Source: Candidatus Firestoneibacteriota bacterium (GTDB taxonomy: Bacteria > Oederibacteriota > D2-FULL-39-29 > JBBTED01). Taken from it: a stretch of DNA of 6,343 nt. Where the stretch lies: contig JBBTED010000029.1 in the NCBI GenBank assembly GCA_038042445.1, forward strand, positions 1-6,343, in the 5' to 3' direction. The notes under the pieces are model-generated. The model was not told where the DNA came from. It did not search any database and saw only the letters and a list, made by a program, of their open reading frames with translations. The position numbers were made by a program, and so were the translations under genes. Positions 5,157 to 6,343 of this stretch are shown in pieces. Position 1 is the stretch's first letter; the number at the start of each line of letters is the position of its first letter.

Positions 5157-5858
5157 CTACCATCTCCTTTTCAAAGCAGTTTTTGCCGCATTCTGTTCAG
5201 CTTCTTTTTTACTATTACCTACTCCCTTACCTATAATTTCACCATTTAAAAAAACCCCTATTTCAAAAGTTTTCTTATGTTCAGGACCATAAGCTTTCAT
5301 TTCTTTATAATGTGGCGCTTTTTTAAATTGAGCTTGTATTTTTTCCTGAAGCAAACTTTTGCTATCTGCTTCCAATTTTTCTTTGATTTCTCCTGATAAT
5401 TCAATAGCAAATTGTTTTACAATAAAATTTTCTGCTGGTTTCAATCCTGAATCTAAATATATTGCCCCTATTATTGCCTCAAGAGTATTTGCCAAAATAG
5501 ATGGCCTGACTCTTCCACCTGTTAGTATCTCTCCTCTTCCAAGCAAAATATAATCTCCAAACTTTAAAGATAACGCTTTTTTTGCCAAACCAGAAGCAGA
5601 AACTATGTTGCCTTTTAATTTTGACAAATCACCTTCACCTAAATTATGGTACTTTTTATAAAGAAAACTACTTATAACCAATCCAAGCACTGAATCCCCT
5701 AAAAATTCCATTCTCTCATTAGAATCAGAAACTTTAAGTTTGTTTTCGTGAACGTATGAACGATGTATCAAAGCATGATTTAAGAAACTAATATTCCTAA
5801 ATCGGACATTTAAAATAGGCTGTAATAGCATTAATTGTTCTAATCTTGCTTTTGTCAT
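5157..5858 (-). CDS. rnc: Ribonuclease III
   Basis: 233 aa with ALIHRSY, the RNase III signature NERMEFLGDSVLG, EAIIGAIYLDSG and a C-terminal dsRBD (KSLLQE...GPEHKKTF...GxGNSKKEAEQNAA). Conserved position after fabF. Confidence 0.97.
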   Translation of the reverse strand: MTKARLEQLMLLQPILNVRFRNISFLNHALIHRSYVHENKLKVSDSNERMEFLGDSVLGLVISSFLYKKYHNLGEGDLSKLKGNIVSASGLAKKALSLKFGDYILLGRGEILTGGRVRPSILANTLEAIIGAIYLDSGLKPAENFIVKQFAIELSGEIKEKLEADSKSLLQEKIQAQFKKAPHYKEMKAYGPEHKKTFEIGVFLNGEIIGKGVGNSKKEAEQNAAKTALKRRW

Positions 5859-5867
5859 TGTTATTTT

Positions 5868-6343
5868 TTATGAAGAATATTTTTTAAAAAGAAGTGTGGC
5901 ATTATGCCCGCCAAATCCAAAAGCATTCGACATAGCAACACAAATCTCCTGTTCCCTTGCTTTATTTGGAACATAGTCAAGGTCACACTTCGGATCCGGA
6001 TTTTCTAAATTTATAGTAGGAGTCAAAATATTATTTTTTATAGAAAGTATTGTAGCTATAGCTTCTGCACCTCCTGCAGCACCAAGCAAATGACCAATCA
6101 TAGATTTAGTAGAACTTACTGCAAGTTTATAACTATGTTTTCCAAAAACTGTTTTTATTGCCTCAGTTTCACATATATCTCCAGGTATCGTTGAAGTTCC
6201 GTGTGCATTTATATAATCTACATCTTCCGGTGCAATATCCGCGTCCTTAATAGCCATTTGCATTGCACGTGCTCCACCCTCTCCACAAGGAGCTGGCGCT
6301 GTAATGTGATAAGCATCAGCAGTTAAACCATAACCTGCCATTT
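5868..6343 (-). CDS. fabF: Beta-ketoacyl-ACP synthase II, C-terminal part (5' end outside the window)
   Basis: [45 protein letters not shown] and [11 protein letters not shown] motifs. The Met at 6341 is internal. Confidence 0.95.
   Translation of the reverse strand, partial: MAGYGLTADAYHITAPAPCGEGGARAMQMAIKDADIAPEDVDYINAHGTSTIPGDICETEAIKTVFGKHSYKLAVSSTKSMIGHLLGAAGGAEAIATILSIKNNILTPTINLENPDPKCDLDYVPNKAREQEICVAMSNAFGFGGHNATLLFKKYSS

Noticed and set aside
5478..5495. RNase III motif reads ANTLEA rather than ADxxEA
   Set aside because: Asn at this position is a known natural variant, and the essential signature Asp and Glu are intact.
3224..5553. Plus-strand ORFs 3224-3460, 3509-3808, 4681-4887, 4920-5249 and 5359-5553
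   Set aside because: All are antisense shadows of the antiporter, acyl-CoA dehydrogenase or rnc.
1..6343. CRISPR array, IS/transposase, integrase or rRNA
   Set aside because: No repeat-spacer periodicity, transposase/integrase motifs or rRNA-like sequence seen in the window.

Overview
AT-rich bacterial window in which every credible gene lies on the minus strand. Reading in the direction of transcription (right to left), it begins with a core-genome block: the 3' end of fabF, rnc (RNase III) and a short-chain acyl-CoA dehydrogenase. Next come a fluoride (crcB-motif) riboswitch with its terminator, a CPA2-type cation:proton antiporter under its control, and an RHH-antitoxin/PIN-toxin (VapBC-like) pair. 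Just 12 nt after the toxin stop is the 5' half only of a tRNA-Ser(UGA), broken three bases past the anticodon loop. It is followed by repeats resembling integrase arm and excisionase sites, so this is probably one end of an integrated element. Inside the putative element are an ORF6N-domain gene with a 31-bp internal palindrome and a beta-class amino-DNA methyltransferase (missing from the ORF track because it runs off the window). The methyltransferase is preceded by an unrecognised ~130-nt two-state RNA leader that can sequester its ribosome-binding site. All family assignments come from motif recognition by eye; no searches were run.
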